From Planctomycetes bacterium UBA7888 (GTDB taxonomy: Bacteria; Planctomycetota; UBA1135), in contig DLRM01000035.1 of assembly GCA_002500505.1 (NCBI GenBank), positions 35,709 through 99,708 on the forward strand: a DNA stretch of 64,000 nucleotides, in the 5' to 3' direction. The notes under the pieces are model-generated. The model saw only the letters and a program-made list of their open reading frames with translations. It did no database searches and had not been told where the DNA came from. The translations under genes were made by a program, and so were the position numbers. Each line of letters opens with the position of its first letter. The stretch's first letter is position 1. This document shows, piece by piece, positions 28,000 through 37,829 of the stretch.

Positions 28000-28634
28000 A
28001 GAACAAGGCGCCCCTTTTTGCGCTTCCAAACCTTCTTCTCTACCCGGGAGCCAAGCTCCCTATCTTCTTTTCCGAGCCAAGGCACTTGGCCATGCTTCGG
28101 GACATGCAAGCTAAAGAGGGTACCTTGCTTGCCTGTGCATTGCTGAAGGGTGACTGGGAAGAAGATTACTTTGATAATCCAGAAGTCCACCCCATCGCAG
28201 GTCTGGCTCGGTTCAAAATTCCATCTTCCTTTTCTGGAGACGACTCCATTCAGCTCCTCGGGATTGGCGAAGGTCGAATTCGGATACAACAAATCCTAAA
28301 GGAAGGCCCTTTCCCCGAGGCTGAGTTTGAGCTCCTTCAAGAAACAGAGGCTCCCGAAGGAGTTTCAGCTTCCTTGCGGCGGGAGTTACTTCAGGCCATC
28401 TCCACCCTTGCCGACGGCCAGGCCATGGTTGACGATTCAGCAACACTTTCTTGGCTCTCGGATATCCTTTCCCTCGCCATGCCCATCTCCATTGAGCGAA
28501 AGTACGAAATCTTCGCCATGCTCGATGTACAAAAACGGGCTGAATCCACAATTGCCGAAATCGCCAAACTCAAAAAGGAACACTCGAGCTTCAGTGTTTT
28601 AACAGACAACAAGACCAACCCTGACTTGAACTAA
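27996..28634 (+). CDS. LON peptidase substrate-binding domain protein
   Basis: PLFALPNLLLYPGAKLPIFFSEPRHLAM N-terminus; no ATPase or protease domain. Confidence 0.8.
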   Translation: MKNKAPLFALPNLLLYPGAKLPIFFSEPRHLAMLRDMQAKEGTLLACALLKGDWEEDYFDNPEVHPIAGLARFKIPSSFSGDDSIQLLGIGEGRIRIQQILKEGPFPEAEFELLQETEAPEGVSASLRRELLQAISTLADGQAMVDDSATLSWLSDILSLAMPISIERKYEIFAMLDVQKRAESTIAEIAKLKKEHSSFSVLTDNKTNPDLN

Positions 28635-28648
28635 GCTATCCTATACCT

Positions 28649-29407
28649 ATGGGAATCTTCGGAGGAGTAATTGGCGGTGGTATCGGAATGATGCTTGGTG
28701 GGCCATTGGGGGCCATGCTGGGTGCTGCGATGGGCTCTTCCATGAGCGGGACGGCAACGCAAATCCCCCTTCAAACCGCAACGCGCTCCACCCAAGAACT
28801 TCAGCTCATTTTCGCTCTGGCCCTAACAAGTTTGGCCGCCAAGGTCGCCAAAGCAGACGGCAAGGTAACTAAGGAAGAAATCCAAACATTTGACCACTTC
28901 CTTAGCACTGCACTGGGCCTTTCTAAAGAAGACCGCGCCGCTGCCTCCAAAGTATTCAATGAAGCCCGTGACAGCTCGACCCCAACTTCAGAATACACCA
29001 TCCAGATTCGACAACTCCTTGCCACTCAACCGGATCGCCTTCGTGATATCGTGACATTACTTTGCGCGATTGCTTTTGCCGACGGTGAATTCCACCCCGC
29101 TGAAGAGCATATCATTCGGGAAATTTCCGGAGAACTTGGGTTGAGTGAAAATGATTTCCAATCCTGCAAAGCTACCTTCCGCGCCACACATGGCTCTACT
29201 ACTGAAGACGCCTATGAAGTTTTGGGTGTTCCTCGCACCGCAACGGATGCTGAGGTCAAGGCCGCACATCGCCGGCTAGCTAAGGATTATCACCCCGATA
29301 TTCTTCGTTCCAAAGGGCTTGCTGACGACTTCCAAGAATTCGCACGGCAAAAGATGACTGCCATTAACGAGGCATGGGAAACGGTTAAAAACGAGCGTAG
29401 TCTTTAA
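28649..29407 (+). CDS. djlA: DnaJ-like co-chaperone (TerB-like plus J domain)
   Basis: Gly-rich TM N-terminus, AKVAKADGKV, AFADG, J-domain YHPD motif. Confidence 0.88.
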   Translation: MGIFGGVIGGGIGMMLGGPLGAMLGAAMGSSMSGTATQIPLQTATRSTQELQLIFALALTSLAAKVAKADGKVTKEEIQTFDHFLSTALGLSKEDRAAASKVFNEARDSSTPTSEYTIQIRQLLATQPDRLRDIVTLLCAIAFADGEFHPAEEHIIREISGELGLSENDFQSCKATFRATHGSTTEDAYEVLGVPRTATDAEVKAAHRRLAKDYHPDILRSKGLADDFQEFARQKMTAINEAWETVKNERSL

Positions 29408-29419
29408 CCTTCTTCCGTT

Positions 29420-30298
29420 CTAGAGTCCGGTCGGCGAAAAAGTCACTAACAAGGGGTAGTGGTCGGTTGCGTCTTCTAGCCGCACACCTTCAACGGGAGA
29501 CTCGTCGATGACTTCAGCAGTAAGCAGAGTACTGGCAAGACTGGGAGTGCACATCGCATAATCAATCCGAGTGAGGTAGGGCTCTTTGTTGTAGGTGTAC
29601 TTTTCCGTTCCCTTCATAGGATCTACCAATCCGCCATCGCGAAGAAGGCCCAAAGTGGGCATTTCGGGAACCTCATTGAAGTCTCCGCAAACCACCCCGC
29701 GATAGGCCGGATTTTTTTTTATTTCCCCCTGAATTATTTTCAAGATTGCAGCAGATTCGGACTCCCTAACGACATCCGCAGCCTCATCACCCCACTGAGA
29801 TTTGAGGTGCACTACATAAACATCGGTCTGAAAATTCCCCTCCACCCGCACCCGCAAAAGATCCCGGCGGAAATGCTGCTCCTTCCCTTTGGAGTCTTTG
29901 AAACGAATGTGGCGATAGGACGTCACCTCGCCAAGAGGAATCCTGCTCAAGAGAGCCACATCAATTCCACGTGTGTCATTCCCTTCAAAGTGCACGACTT
30001 CGTAACCCATATCACCGAGGTACTTGTCCACAAACTGTTCCAAATGCCAACGGTTTTCGACTTCTTGTAGAGCAACGACATCGGCATCAAACGCCTGCAA
30101 CACCTTTGCTACACGCTCCATACGCGCATCGCTGGCGTAGGCTGGTTTGGTGATTTGGTCTCGGCGATAAGGGTCATCCCAGCGGTCAAAAAAGTTCTCA
30201 ATATTCCAGGAGAGCATGCGAATAGCTGGGGGCTCTTGGGACACCTGAGGTGCCTGAGCCATGCAAAGCGCCAAAGTAGGGAGCAGAAGACTCAACAT
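29420..30298 (-). CDS. Secreted endonuclease/exonuclease/phosphatase-family protein
   Basis: SWNIENF, ALQEVEN, HLKS, GDFN, IDY and TDHYP motifs; signal peptide from ATG 30298. Confidence 0.9.
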   Translation of the reverse strand: MLSLLLPTLALCMAQAPQVSQEPPAIRMLSWNIENFFDRWDDPYRRDQITKPAYASDARMERVAKVLQAFDADVVALQEVENRWHLEQFVDKYLGDMGYEVVHFEGNDTRGIDVALLSRIPLGEVTSYRHIRFKDSKGKEQHFRRDLLRVRVEGNFQTDVYVVHLKSQWGDEAADVVRESESAAILKIIQGEIKKNPAYRGVVCGDFNEVPEMPTLGLLRDGGLVDPMKGTEKYTYNKEPYLTRIDYAMCTPSLASTLLTAEVIDESPVEGVRLEDATDHYPLLVTFSPTGL

Positions 30299-30347
30299 GA
30301 TAGAAAGTATAGGCGAGCCAAAAATGCAGCCGAGGAAGAGCCGCTTG

Positions 30348-30821
30348 CTAATCCACAACCGTGATTTGATCAGGATTCTGAATCACAATCTGGGGGGCAC
30401 CGCGGTGCTCGCCCACCTTGCCGAGAATTCGCACCGTTTTGTCGAGGTAGTAAGTCTCGGGGGATTCCGGAAAGTCCGGAAAAGTTCGAGAAAAAATGAC
30501 GGCGTGGAATTGACCTTCCCATTCCTCTTTGAAGTTCAAAAAACACGCCTTCCCGCTGTTATGGGTGCCCACGACCTTGCCCTCCGTAAGAACGACTTGG
30601 CCCATGTACTGCGGAGCTTGCTCCCACGGAACAGTGGCGACAGGTTCGTCCAGAACATCCAGCCTCCGCCAAGGGCGTAGAGGCTCAGTTGCGTCCGGGT
30701 CGCGGGAGGTGTCGTTGAGAGGGTTCGCTCTGACAGCATCCTGAACCGGATTCTTCAGGGGTAAATTAGATTCGCAGCTACTTACAAAAAGAAGAAGGCC
30801 CAACAAGAGAGCACGAATCAT
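30348..30821 (-). CDS. Lipoprotein with OB-fold nucleic-acid-binding domain
   Basis: Lipobox FVSSC; EGKVVGT...FLNF...FHAVIF...VRILGKV...PQIVI OB-fold pattern; ATGA-coupled to proS. Confidence 0.7.
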   Translation of the reverse strand: MIRALLLGLLLFVSSCESNLPLKNPVQDAVRANPLNDTSRDPDATEPLRPWRRLDVLDEPVATVPWEQAPQYMGQVVLTEGKVVGTHNSGKACFLNFKEEWEGQFHAVIFSRTFPDFPESPETYYLDKTVRILGKVGEHRGAPQIVIQNPDQITVVD

Positions 30822-32557
30822 TTCCCACACTCCGCTTTCACCTTGGCAATGACTCGTTCAAGAGCTTCCTCAGCAGAGACCACCTCCTTTTCTCCACCAG
30901 AACGGGGGCTCCACTCGACTTTACGGTCACCTGCATCTCGACCTACCACTATGCGTAGTGGAATCCCAATCAAATCAGCATCCTTGAACTTGGCGCCAGG
31001 GCTTACTTTTTTGCGGTCGTCCACTAAAACATCCACGCCGGAAGATTCCAATTCCTTTTCCAGCTCAGCACAAAGCGCGTCTTGCTCCTCAACTCCAGCC
31101 TTCATTTGCACAATCAAAACCTGATAAGGCGCAATAGGTAGCGGCCAAATCATGCCGCCTTCATCGTGATTTTGTTCAATCGCCGAGGCCGCAACTCGGC
31201 TCACACCAATTCCATAGCAACCCATCCAAAGAGGAAGTGTCTTTTGGTTTTCATCCAGAAAAGAAGCGTCCATGGCCTCGGAGTACTTCGTTCCAAGTTG
31301 GAAAATATGGCCGACTTCAATTCCACGAGTGATTTCAATTTTTCCCTTGCCACAAACCGTTTCATCGCCGGCCTGAACTACACCGAAATCAGCAGTTTCG
31401 GGCTGCTCTAAATCGCGGCCGAACCAAACATCTAGCCAATGGGTGTCCGTTTCATTCCCACCACACAAGAACCCCTGAGCGCCATCAACAGAAGAATCCG
31501 CAAGTATGCGAACATCTTCGGACAAACCGATTGGGCCTGCGAAGCCGGGCTCTGCTCCAGTGGCTGCCCGGACTTGCTTTTCATCAGCCAATTCGAGTTT
31601 GAGAGCATTCAAATGATTCAACAACTTCACTTCGTTGAGTTCGCGATCTCCACGACACATCACGGCCACCGTTTGGGTGTGATCCTCCCAGACGGCCTCA
31701 TACAGAACAGTTTTCAACAATCGCTCTATGCCTAAGTCAGGGAAAAGCTTTAGCAAATCTTCGCAAGTCTTTGCTCCTGGAGTGGGCTCTTTGTGCATTT
31801 CCACTTTTTCGGGCTTCGCACCGGAATGAGCAATACGAGAAGCCGCTTTCTCAATGTTGGCGGCGTAACCTGTTTCATGACACACTGCAATCGCATCTTC
31901 ACCCGTCTCGGCATCTACCATGAACTCTTCCGAGCCCGACCCACCAATGGCACCAGAATCAGCTTCAACTGCTGTGAATCGCAGGCCACACCGCGAAAAA
32001 ATATTCCGGTAAACCTGCCGCATTTTTGCGTAGGATTCCTGCATCGCCTCTTCGGTGGCATCAAAAGAGTAAGCATCTTTCATGATGAACTCTCGCCCAC
32101 GCATCAAGCCAAAACGCGGACGAATCTCGTCGCGGAACTTGGTTTGAATTTGGTAAAGAGTCACTGGGAGTTGCTTCCAAGATTGCACCTGTTTGCGTAC
32201 AAAGTGGGTGATGACTTCTTCATGCGTTGGGCCCAAACAAACTTCGGAACCTTTCCGATCGCGGAAATGAAACAAAATTCCATCGTTCACATAACGCTCC
32301 CATCTGCCTGATTCGTCCCAAAGCTCACGAGGCTGAACCGCCGGCATCAATAGTTCCTGACAACCCGCTTGGTCGTGCTCTTCGCGAACGATTTGCTCAA
32401 TTTTTCGCAAGACTCGCCACATCATGGGGCCATACACATAAAGACCCGCACCGAGCTTCAAAATGAAGCCTGCGCGTGCCATCAAAGCGTGAGAACGAAC
32501 TTCGGCATCGGCCGGTTCTTCCCGAAAAGTCACGAACAACTGCTGAGAAAGTCGCAT
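30818..32557 (-). CDS. proS: Proline--tRNA ligase (bacterial type with insertion editing domain)
   Basis: LGPTHEE, KFRDEIRPRFGLMRGREFIMKDAYSF, GIEVGHIFQLG, MGCYGIG. Confidence 0.98.
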   Translation of the reverse strand: MRLSQQLFVTFREEPADAEVRSHALMARAGFILKLGAGLYVYGPMMWRVLRKIEQIVREEHDQAGCQELLMPAVQPRELWDESGRWERYVNDGILFHFRDRKGSEVCLGPTHEEVITHFVRKQVQSWKQLPVTLYQIQTKFRDEIRPRFGLMRGREFIMKDAYSFDATEEAMQESYAKMRQVYRNIFSRCGLRFTAVEADSGAIGGSGSEEFMVDAETGEDAIAVCHETGYAANIEKAASRIAHSGAKPEKVEMHKEPTPGAKTCEDLLKLFPDLGIERLLKTVLYEAVWEDHTQTVAVMCRGDRELNEVKLLNHLNALKLELADEKQVRAATGAEPGFAGPIGLSEDVRILADSSVDGAQGFLCGGNETDTHWLDVWFGRDLEQPETADFGVVQAGDETVCGKGKIEITRGIEVGHIFQLGTKYSEAMDASFLDENQKTLPLWMGCYGIGVSRVAASAIEQNHDEGGMIWPLPIAPYQVLIVQMKAGVEEQDALCAELEKELESSGVDVLVDDRKKVSPGAKFKDADLIGIPLRIVVGRDAGDRKVEWSPRSGGEKEVVSAEEALERVIAKVKAECGK

Positions 32558-32626
32558 GCTGACCAGATTCTAATAGCTCGGAGGTTTCAGTACACCATTC
32601 TGCCTGCTCGTTCGTAGCATAAGGAC

Positions 32627-35254
32627 ATGCCTCGACGCCTTCTCTATGCCCTTTTTGGGTTCGGTCTCCTAGCCGCCTTGGTTCTGATTCTTCGGGCCGG
32701 CACGGATTCTGCGTCGAATCGTTCACCGGGACTCTCCACGCCTTGGGAAGTTGAGGAAACTTCACCTGCTGAGCTAGACGCCCCAACAAACTCTCATACC
32801 ACAGCTCCTCCACTACGAACTGAATGGGAGGACCCCACTCCAGTGGCGGGCGAAGAACTTGACCTTGGAATTCCCTCCTTTCGTGGACGCGTCATGCTCC
32901 CGAACAACACTCCAGCCACAGGAGCCACTATCCACGCTTGGGGTCTCTCCGGTTGGGCCATGTATTTAGATCGCGCCGCCTTGGAAAAACCAGACACGGT
33001 TCAGTTTCAGACCACTTGCGGGAAAGACGGCCGCTTTGCTCTTCCTGAATCTCCTAGAGATGGCCTTCGCTTCATTATTCGCGCCCAAGCAAAAGACTTT
33101 CCGCCGCTGGATCTCCAAAACCTGCCCGCCACTCCAGGCCGTACGCGCGAGCTGGGCGACCTCACCCTTGCTCCCGGATTCCAACTTTCAGGGATAGTTA
33201 CTGGCCAAGGCGGAACTGCCATTGCGGGGGCACGCGTGGTTCCTGTTCTGGAACCGGATACCGCAGCCTTTTCCCGACGCCGCTTACTCGCCCTCCCGCC
33301 TTTGCCGGGTTATGAATCCATCACGGACGCGCAAGGAAGCTTTTCTTTCGAACAACTCCCCCCAGGGCGATTTCATTTGAGGGCTCAAGCCCTCCTTTGG
33401 GCCGATGGCTACTCTGCCCCCGTGAACGGCAAAAGCCATGACACTGTTACGGATCTGAGTATCTCTCTTTTGCCTTCTCTTGCCTTGACTGGGTGGGTGT
33501 ATGGCCCCAATGGCGCAGGCATTCCGGATGCGCGGATTCGATTGGATTTAAGCTCGGAAGAACGACTTGAAACAAAAACAGATGGAGATGGAGAATTCCA
33601 ACTCGACCGCCCTGAAGAAAGCAAAAATCCTCGACTGCGCATCTCCGCTCCTGGTTATCGCCCAACAAGGGTTACGGTAGAAAACCCGGACTACCGCCAA
33701 GAAATCCAACTCCATCCTCTTCCCGCCATTCAAGGCGTCGTGAAAGACAATTTGGGGCGCGGGGTGGTAGGAGCCGTGGTTCGAATTGTGGAGCGCTCAT
33801 CCAGTCGTCGGCGCAATATCCATCCCTCCAGATTACGATTCGTCGGGGAGACAAAAACGGATTCTGAAGGAGGGTTCCATCTCTCGGCTGATATTTGGAG
33901 GTCTTGGGGGGAACACTTCAAAATTGCTGCTTGGTCGGACACGCACACTCCCGCCGTTTCGGATGATTTGGACTTCCGCAAAGAGGGTGAGATTCCAAAC
34001 TTCATCGAACTCACTCTTCAGGAAGGCCTTCAGATTTCCGGAGTCGTCCTATCTCCTTTTGCAAGCTCCCTTCCTAAGGCTCGAGTGCATCTCCGAAAAT
34101 TGTATGGCCAGCGCCCAGGAAATCGCACCCCCATCGCACCAGACACACAACGGCCAGGAAGTATCCTCGAAACAACCAATGCGGATGAAGAAGGTCAGTT
34201 CTCTTTTTCTGGCTTAGCTGTTGGAGCTTACCGAGTTGAAGCCCACGCGCCTGGGTTCTCTCCTGCTGAATCCGAGGAACTTCAGCTCCTCCACGACTCT
34301 CTTGAAGTCGCTCTTCAAGTTCCGGCGGCTTCCGCCCTCACTGGAGTCGTCACTGGCAACCGAGCTCTATTCGAAACTCTACGAGTGACCGCATCTTCCC
34401 CAGGCCGGGACCCGTTGGACACAACCGTCGATGGAGAAGGGGAATTTGAATTCCCCGACATTGCACCTGGGGATTACGACCTTGTTTTGCGAGAAGTGGA
34501 CCGAGTTCTTTCGGGCTCTTCCTTTGGCTTAGGGACCGGCGATGGGCTTGCCGAAGTTCATGGCATTTCGGTTGCCGAAGGACAAACTGCGATTCAAAAC
34601 TTACACATTGATTTAGAAGGTCGGAGTATTTTGCGAGGAACGGTTCGAGTTAATGGGGTCGCCAAAGCTGGCATGAACCTGTTCCTATTCCCTAAAGATT
34701 TTGGAGCTTCCGGGGATCCCCGTCTTGGATGGCGCCAACTCAGCCGCCACCTCAGAAGTGCAGCAACGGACTACCGTGGAGAATTTCTTTTTGCAGCGGT
34801 GGACCCAAAAGATTTTTGGCTCGTTGTGGACCAAGGCGGGCGTTGGCCTGAGGGCATTTTTAATTTTGGAGGACCGGATGATTTAGAAACCGGGCCGACT
34901 GGCTTAGGCCGCTTGGAAATTGAACTCCAGGAGAACGTAGAGCTTGTTCGAGACTTCAACCTGCACCTCGGAACCTTAATAGGCCGAGCCATGAAAAATG
35001 GGAAAAATGGAACCCTAGTTCCCGTTCGCGGAGGTAGTGGAACTTTGACTCCGGCACCAGGCTCCCAATCCGGAGTCGGGCCGCGAGAAATTGGCCTGCG
35101 ACGCTCTGGTCATTTCAGATTGAATCAAATCCCTGCTGGTGATTGGACTCTCACGCTTCGAGGGGATGGACTGCGCAAAAACAACTTCCCTGTTTCCGTT
35201 ATTACTGGAGACCAAACTGTTGTAGAGCCTGTGCTCGAGAAAAAGAAACGCTAA
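32627..35254 (+). CDS. Membrane-anchored protein with repeated carboxypeptidase-regulatory-like (beta-sandwich) domains
   Basis: N-terminal TM; repeated GxV...GxxIxGAxV...TDxxGxF...LxPGxY units. Confidence 0.75.
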   Translation: MPRRLLYALFGFGLLAALVLILRAGTDSASNRSPGLSTPWEVEETSPAELDAPTNSHTTAPPLRTEWEDPTPVAGEELDLGIPSFRGRVMLPNNTPATGATIHAWGLSGWAMYLDRAALEKPDTVQFQTTCGKDGRFALPESPRDGLRFIIRAQAKDFPPLDLQNLPATPGRTRELGDLTLAPGFQLSGIVTGQGGTAIAGARVVPVLEPDTAAFSRRRLLALPPLPGYESITDAQGSFSFEQLPPGRFHLRAQALLWADGYSAPVNGKSHDTVTDLSISLLPSLALTGWVYGPNGAGIPDARIRLDLSSEERLETKTDGDGEFQLDRPEESKNPRLRISAPGYRPTRVTVENPDYRQEIQLHPLPAIQGVVKDNLGRGVVGAVVRIVERSSSRRRNIHPSRLRFVGETKTDSEGGFHLSADIWRSWGEHFKIAAWSDTHTPAVSDDLDFRKEGEIPNFIELTLQEGLQISGVVLSPFASSLPKARVHLRKLYGQRPGNRTPIAPDTQRPGSILETTNADEEGQFSFSGLAVGAYRVEAHAPGFSPAESEELQLLHDSLEVALQVPAASALTGVVTGNRALFETLRVTASSPGRDPLDTTVDGEGEFEFPDIAPGDYDLVLREVDRVLSGSSFGLGTGDGLAEVHGISVAEGQTAIQNLHIDLEGRSILRGTVRVNGVAKAGMNLFLFPKDFGASGDPRLGWRQLSRHLRSAATDYRGEFLFAAVDPKDFWLVVDQGGRWPEGIFNFGGPDDLETGPTGLGRLEIELQENVELVRDFNLHLGTLIGRAMKNGKNGTLVPVRGGSGTLTPAPGSQSGVGPREIGLRRSGHFRLNQIPAGDWTLTLRGDGLRKNNFPVSVITGDQTVVEPVLEKKKR

Positions 35255-35257
35255 GCT

Positions 35258-36142
35258 TTGAAAATGGGCTCCTTTCGCGTTTTTCTCGCTTGGTTTGCTC
35301 CCCTCCTGACCCTTGCCCTTGTGCTTATCCTTGGCCGTGGGTGCGGGCCTTCGGCCTTGATGGACTTCAATCCGCCAAAGATGGAAGCTTCTCAATTGAA
35401 AGACTTACCGGAGCCCATAACAATTCAACTCCGCCTGGAAAAATCTGATGGGAGTCCCGCCGCCGGGGCCACCCTTGTTGCCCTTCAACCCAGCCTTGTT
35501 TCCGCAACCGTGAACCGCAATGGGATTGCAAGTTTGGTGCTCACTCAAAAAGGTTCTCTTGAATTTATGGGTTGGCTTACTGGTCATGAAGTCCTTCATG
35601 TTACCGACTGGAATGAAGCCAAATCCGAGACCATTCGCTTTATCGCCCGCGACCGAGGACCACTCGGAACACTCCCGAAATTGGAAGAACGCGACATCGC
35701 TCTTCAACTGCTTCAGTCGGCCAATCAGGAACCTCTGGCGGGCGCCCTTGTTTTAGGCAAAGATGCACAGGAGGGCCCTCCTTGGGTTGCTATCAGCGAT
35801 TCGACAGGGCGAGCCGTTCTGAAGGGTACAACCAAACAACTCAAAACCATTCAAGTTTATGCCCCGGGTTTGCCACCAAAAACGGCTTGGCTTTTGGGCT
35901 CCACCCCCATGGACTCCCTGCCTAATCCGTGGGTTTTGCAAACAAAGACCCTCGTGATTGAAGACGCCCAACCTGGCGAAGTCCTCTGTTTCAGAAAAGA
36001 ACCGGATGGGGACTTGTTGCCGATGAAACTATTTCCTGAATCTGGATTTTTGTCTTGGGGACCTCTCCCAGAGGCAAGCTATACCCTTGTTCACCCTCAA
36101 GCGATTTCATCTGAGGGCACGCCTGCTATCGAAACGAAGTAA
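35258..36142 (+). CDS. Membrane-anchored hypothetical protein with carboxypeptidase-regulatory-like domains
   Basis: N-terminal TM; DGSPAAGATL and EPLAGALV...SDSTGRA repeats; directly follows the previous gene. Confidence 0.6.
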   Translation: MKMGSFRVFLAWFAPLLTLALVLILGRGCGPSALMDFNPPKMEASQLKDLPEPITIQLRLEKSDGSPAAGATLVALQPSLVSATVNRNGIASLVLTQKGSLEFMGWLTGHEVLHVTDWNEAKSETIRFIARDRGPLGTLPKLEERDIALQLLQSANQEPLAGALVLGKDAQEGPPWVAISDSTGRAVLKGTTKQLKTIQVYAPGLPPKTAWLLGSTPMDSLPNPWVLQTKTLVIEDAQPGEVLCFRKEPDGDLLPMKLFPESGFLSWGPLPEASYTLVHPQAISSEGTPAIETK

Positions 36143-37772
36143 TCGTGTCGAACTCCCGAGTTCCACCTAAGTGAAATCGGTAAAGAGGCCGACCATTGAG
36201 CCCCATTTCTTCAAGCGCCGATAGTGTCTGCCGCTGACCGGGCAACTCCCGAACAAAAACATGATTTTTGGGAGAGAATGGTGGTTTAGAAGGCAAATTC
36301 AGCTTGGCACTTTGCGGATTTACTGGGAGAAGAATCACGGCATTGCTCGGCAAGCCTTCCATGGTTTCAGCTGCCATCACATGAGCATTGCGAAGCTCGG
36401 AAATTTCTTCGGTAATATGGAATCGATGTATATAAAAGGTGATGCCTGCAACTGTTACAGCAAGAGGAAGCCCTCGGCGCCAAAAACCAGGAGCCTGATC
36501 CAGGATGACAAAAACGCCAAGGGTTAAAAACCCAATGGTCTCAAAACAATAAAGTGGTCCAAGGTAAGCCCAATGGCCGGGATACCAATGAAAAGCGTAA
36601 GCGAGTGGAATGGCAATGCCAAGTAGGAACGCAGTTCCGCCATCACGACTTCGGGATTGCCAGAGGCCCCATATGGCCAAAGCGGCAATACCCAGTATTC
36701 CAAAAACTCCTACCGACCAACGACCGAGTTGCCGAATCACTCCGCTAAAAAAATCTCCATTGCCATAAACATCCATGGGGGCGCCATCTGGATAAAAGGG
36801 ACCAAAGCGGAGGGCGTAAGCATGGTAAGTCGAGAGCGTCCACTCGCCCGTTTGAAGATGGTTGTACACCAAGGCCCCAATTAAGAAGGGGAGACCGCCG
36901 AGGATGCAATTCCGAATAGATTTCCATCCGGGCGCAAGTTTCCCTTTTGAATTTCGAAGCAAACCAGGTAAGCACGCCAGTCCATAAATTACTCCAGTGA
37001 GAGGGCGACAAAGGAAAATCCATCCAGCAGAGGCTCCGAGGATTATTGCGTTCCACCTAGGGTCGCCATCGCGGTCCCGAAGTCGCAGCAAACATAAGTA
37101 CCCCAATAGCGCAGCAGGAAGCGTGAAGACTTCCGATTGATAAGAAGACTGAACTAAAAGGAAAAAGGGTGTGGTAGCCAACAACAGGGGCGGCCATGCG
37201 GGAGCGACAATTCCGAAACGGCGAGCAAGCTTGGCCAACAACAAAATATCCAAAACACTCGCAAGCAAAACTGCAAGAAATGGAATCCCCAAAAAGTTAA
37301 AGGGGGCTATCGCGAGAGAAACTCCAGGAGGATATTTGGCATAACGAACAAAAACACCATCTTCGTTTTTCCGCTCCATCATCTGGCGGCGATGAGTTGG
37401 GCAATGTGAGGCTCCGTCCGGGCAGGCAGGCCCGACAATTTCTTCGGTCAATTTCCCACTCGAAAATAGCTCCGCTTGATAGAGATAGGCCGCTTCATCA
37501 TTCGTCACTGGTGTGGGCAGCCGAAAATGACCAAGGCTCGTCAAGACAATAGCAGATAAAAGTGGAAGCCAGAGAGGTATTCTGAACTTCAAAGGGAAAG
37601 GAAGGAAAAAGAGAGTCAATAGAACGCCCAAGGGGAAGGCCCCCAAGGCAAAAAAGATGTCCCCACCCTGGAGAACGCCCTCACTCAGTTGCCAAACCAG
37701 AAAGCCAGGAAGAGCACCTATTGCAAGTACACACAATAGTTTGATGTGGCTAGGGCTCGTTTGCTCCTCCAT
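36126..37772 (-). CDS. GT-C superfamily membrane glycosyltransferase
   Basis: NDEAAYLYQAELF acidic motif, KYPPG, CRP; many TM helices. Start re-called at ATG 37772 after a TATGCT box. Confidence 0.7.
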   Translation of the reverse strand: MEEQTSPSHIKLLCVLAIGALPGFLVWQLSEGVLQGGDIFFALGAFPLGVLLTLFFLPFPLKFRIPLWLPLLSAIVLTSLGHFRLPTPVTNDEAAYLYQAELFSSGKLTEEIVGPACPDGASHCPTHRRQMMERKNEDGVFVRYAKYPPGVSLAIAPFNFLGIPFLAVLLASVLDILLLAKLARRFGIVAPAWPPLLLATTPFFLLVQSSYQSEVFTLPAALLGYLCLLRLRDRDGDPRWNAIILGASAGWIFLCRPLTGVIYGLACLPGLLRNSKGKLAPGWKSIRNCILGGLPFLIGALVYNHLQTGEWTLSTYHAYALRFGPFYPDGAPMDVYGNGDFFSGVIRQLGRWSVGVFGILGIAALAIWGLWQSRSRDGGTAFLLGIAIPLAYAFHWYPGHWAYLGPLYCFETIGFLTLGVFVILDQAPGFWRRGLPLAVTVAGITFYIHRFHITEEISELRNAHVMAAETMEGLPSNAVILLPVNPQSAKLNLPSKPPFSPKNHVFVRELPGQRQTLSALEEMGLNGRPLYRFHLGGTREFDTITSFR

Positions 37773-37829
37773 GTCCTTAAGCATAGTCCTCTCCCTTCGG
37801 CCTCCCTAAGAGTCGCGTAGAATCTTGAG

